DNA of 64,000 nucleotides from Plasmodiophora brassicae (Eukaryota): NCBI GenBank assembly GCA_036867785.1, contig CP145409.1, positions 1,426,001 to 1,490,000 of the forward strand, read 5' to 3'. Shown piece by piece: positions 61,501 to 64,000 of this stretch (position 1 is its first letter; each line of letters starts with the position of its first letter). The notes under the pieces were generated by a model. It saw only the letters and a program-made list of their open reading frames with translations, ran no database searches and was not told where the DNA came from. The position numbers and the translations under genes were made by a program.

Positions 61501-64000
61501 TTTTCAGACCTGTTTCTTCACGGACGCAAGCGAATTCGCATGGTCGGCGGTCGTGACTCAGATTCCAATGGAGGACATCGAATTGCCGATCAGTGAGCAA
61601 CGACATGAACCGCTGGCGTTCTACGGGAAACGCTTCGACAAAACGCAGCTGCGATGGCCTATCATCGAGAAAGAGGCAGCGGCGATCGTCCAGGCGACTA
61701 CGCGAGGCGATTTCTTGCTGCAAACCGGACGTGAGTTCCTGCTCTACTGCGATCATCGGAATCTACGATACATCTTCAACAACGACATGGAGATGAAGAA
61801 GCACACAGCCGCAAAGCTGGAGCGGTGGTCCGTTCATCTGCAAAGATTCCGATACAAGATGGTGGACATCAGCGGGGAGGACAATGCGTGGGCAGATCTA
61901 CTGACGCGATGGGGCGCGGGTCGAATCGCGCTTACGTGTCGGGCAACTCGAGTCATGTCCATGGAAGACCTGCGAGTAACCCCCATGGCGCACGACGGAT
62001 TCGAATGGCCTCGTGAAGCCGACATACGACAATCCCAGAAGCTGCTGACCGACGACGAGAAGGCAGCATTCAAGGCGCAATGGGATGATCGCGACAAACT
62101 GTGGAAATCTGACTCTGGACAGGTGTTAATTCCAAGCCATGACGACGCAGAGACGTTACGACTACGGATCCTGGTCGTGGCGCACTGCGGCAGTGCTATG
62201 CATCGTGGCGGGACAACCACCAGAGAAGCGGTTATGAGACGATTCCGCTGGGCTGGAGTGGAGGAGCACGTGCAACAAATGTGCGATCAGTGCCTGCACT
62301 GCGTCACCACTCGAGGAGGAGAACGGATTCCGCGGCCGCTGGGTCAGGCTGTTCACGGTCACGAAAGGTTTCAGGTGCTGCATATGGACTACGTGTACGT
62401 CGAGCCGGTTCGCGGAGCGGACCACGACTACAAGTACATATTGCTGCTCAAGGACGACTTCTCGGGACTTGTCCGCCTGATTCCTTGCACGAACGCGACG
62501 GCCCGGACTGCAGCTGATTCCCTGATGGCGTGGATCGCTGACTTCGGGACGCCAGAGATCCTGGTTACCGATGGTGGTTCACATTTCACCGCTGAGGTGA
62601 TGGAGGATTTGAGTCGGCTACGTCACGTTGCGCATCACATCACGCTGGCGTACTGCCCATGGTCGAATGGAACGGTCGAACGGGCGAATGGAACGGTCGT
62701 GGAGATGCTGAGGAGCCTACTGAATGAGAACCAGATCGACACCCACAACTGGCCGTACGCATGTCAGCTGGTGCAACACGCCATGAACCATACGCCTTCA
62801 AAGCGTCGTGGAGGTCATGCACCGGTGACGGCGGCGTTTGGCATCCAACCGGAGAATCCTCTAGACCTGATCTGGGACTTGAAGGCTAGCAATTGGCGAC
62901 CTGTGAATCCTGCGACCATTACTCAGCACATCGAGAAGATGAAGGACGATTTCGACAACATACACAAGGATGTCGAGATGGGCAAAGAGAAGCGGCATCG
63001 AGCCAATGTCCAGCAGCGCAACAGGCAGCTGCGTCCTGGAGACGATGAAGCGTTCATTCCAGGTGACTACGTCTTGTGCGCACGACCGAACATGGGCCCG
63101 GGGAACAAACTGATCGCCAAGTGGAATGGCCCATTCCGTGTGCTGCAGCGACTGAACGATCAGGTGTACCTGCTGTACGATCCTCTTCACGAGAAGGAGT
63201 TTCGGGCGCACATCCAACGGATCAGACGATACGCTGATGGGAAGTTGAACATGACGGCGACGGTGAAGAAGCATCTTCAGCACTCGAATCACAAGCTCTT
63301 GGTGGAGAATCTAGCTGACTGCCGATACAATGCGAGCGAGAAGCGAGTCGAAATCAAAGTGCTCTGGGAAGGATTCGAGGAAGCGGACGCCACATGGGAA
63401 CCGGCGGACATCATAATCGAGGACGTGCCGACGATGGTTCGTGATCTGTATGACCGACTGGGAGATGACCACCCTCAGGCGGAGGAATTGCGAACACTGT
63501 TGAACTCGGCGGCGACAAACGGGAATCGCCAGCCTGCCTCGAAACGACGTCAAGCAAAAGGAGCGCGACGTCAGAGGACTAAACGACCACGGAATTGACG
63601 ATATGATGACCGGCCGGCTGGAACATGGTAAAATAGCTGGTCGAAGGTTGCTAACTGTACATAGGCAACGAGGAACAACGACGCGAAAACGGAAAGGACG
63701 TCGATCGGACGCACGGTGCGCGGAGCACCTGCGTGGGCACGGGGCCCGAACCACTGGGCATGGGACTCAGTCTGGGAACATTCAGCAAATTGGCCACTGA
63801 ATGGGATCATGTACCAAATGGAAACCAACGGTACGGAACTCGCATATGCATGGGGAAACACTCCACCACAGTCGGATCCTAAAGATTGGACTTCGGCTAA
63901 CCCTGGTAGTCGAACGGACGCCAGTCATCGGACTCCTAAAGATTGGGCTTCGGTGAACCGATATCGGATGGGAACGGAACTAACTACGGATGCACATGGC
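58534..64000 (+). mobile_element. Ty3/gypsy chromodomain retrotransposon; candidate 5' LTR 58534-58715, 3' LTR not in the window
   Basis: TGTAGA...TCTACA ends, followed by gag-pol related to the 10574 element. Confidence 0.88.
58753..63598 (+). CDS. Gag-Pol polyprotein with two apparent 1-nt deletions (~58983, ~60742)
   Basis: CFRCKGDHYVSDC; ALDSEC; YRLCVD; LDAFKGFW; WIDD; TDAS; LHMDY; TDGGSHF; VLWEGFEEADATWEP. Confidence 0.92.

Overview
GC-rich, compact eukaryotic DNA with short (~50-60 bp) GT-AG introns. A protist such as a phytomyxid is an inference from style only. The window has three zones. (1) 1-23 kb: a partial SET-domain gene, then a ~20-kb inverted-repeat structure with ~3-kb outer arms that each carry the same orphan ORF, plus an inner palindrome. 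It contains an intact Ty3/gypsy chromovirus-type element and two pogo-type DNA transposons, and both pogos carry a convergent HIRAN-like accessory gene (intact in one, remnant in the other). (2) 23-44 kb: gene-dense host region encoding tesmin/CRC, a TBC Rab-GAP, a PPR protein, a multi-TM protein ending in a 588-bp foldback, an RBM5/10-like protein, a RAP/FASTK-like protein, RPS5, a patatin lipase with an ACT-like tail and a CFAP92-like protein. (3) 44-64 kb: a nested transposon stack (gypsy fragments, hAT, Myb/SANT gene, second gypsy). The most striking element is a ~6.3-kb CryptonS-like tyrosine-recombinase element bounded by AACTATGGAGA direct repeats. It carries a convergent RecQ-family helicase gene and a different tandem array inside each end. 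Exon boundaries were read by eye and are approximate unless stated.
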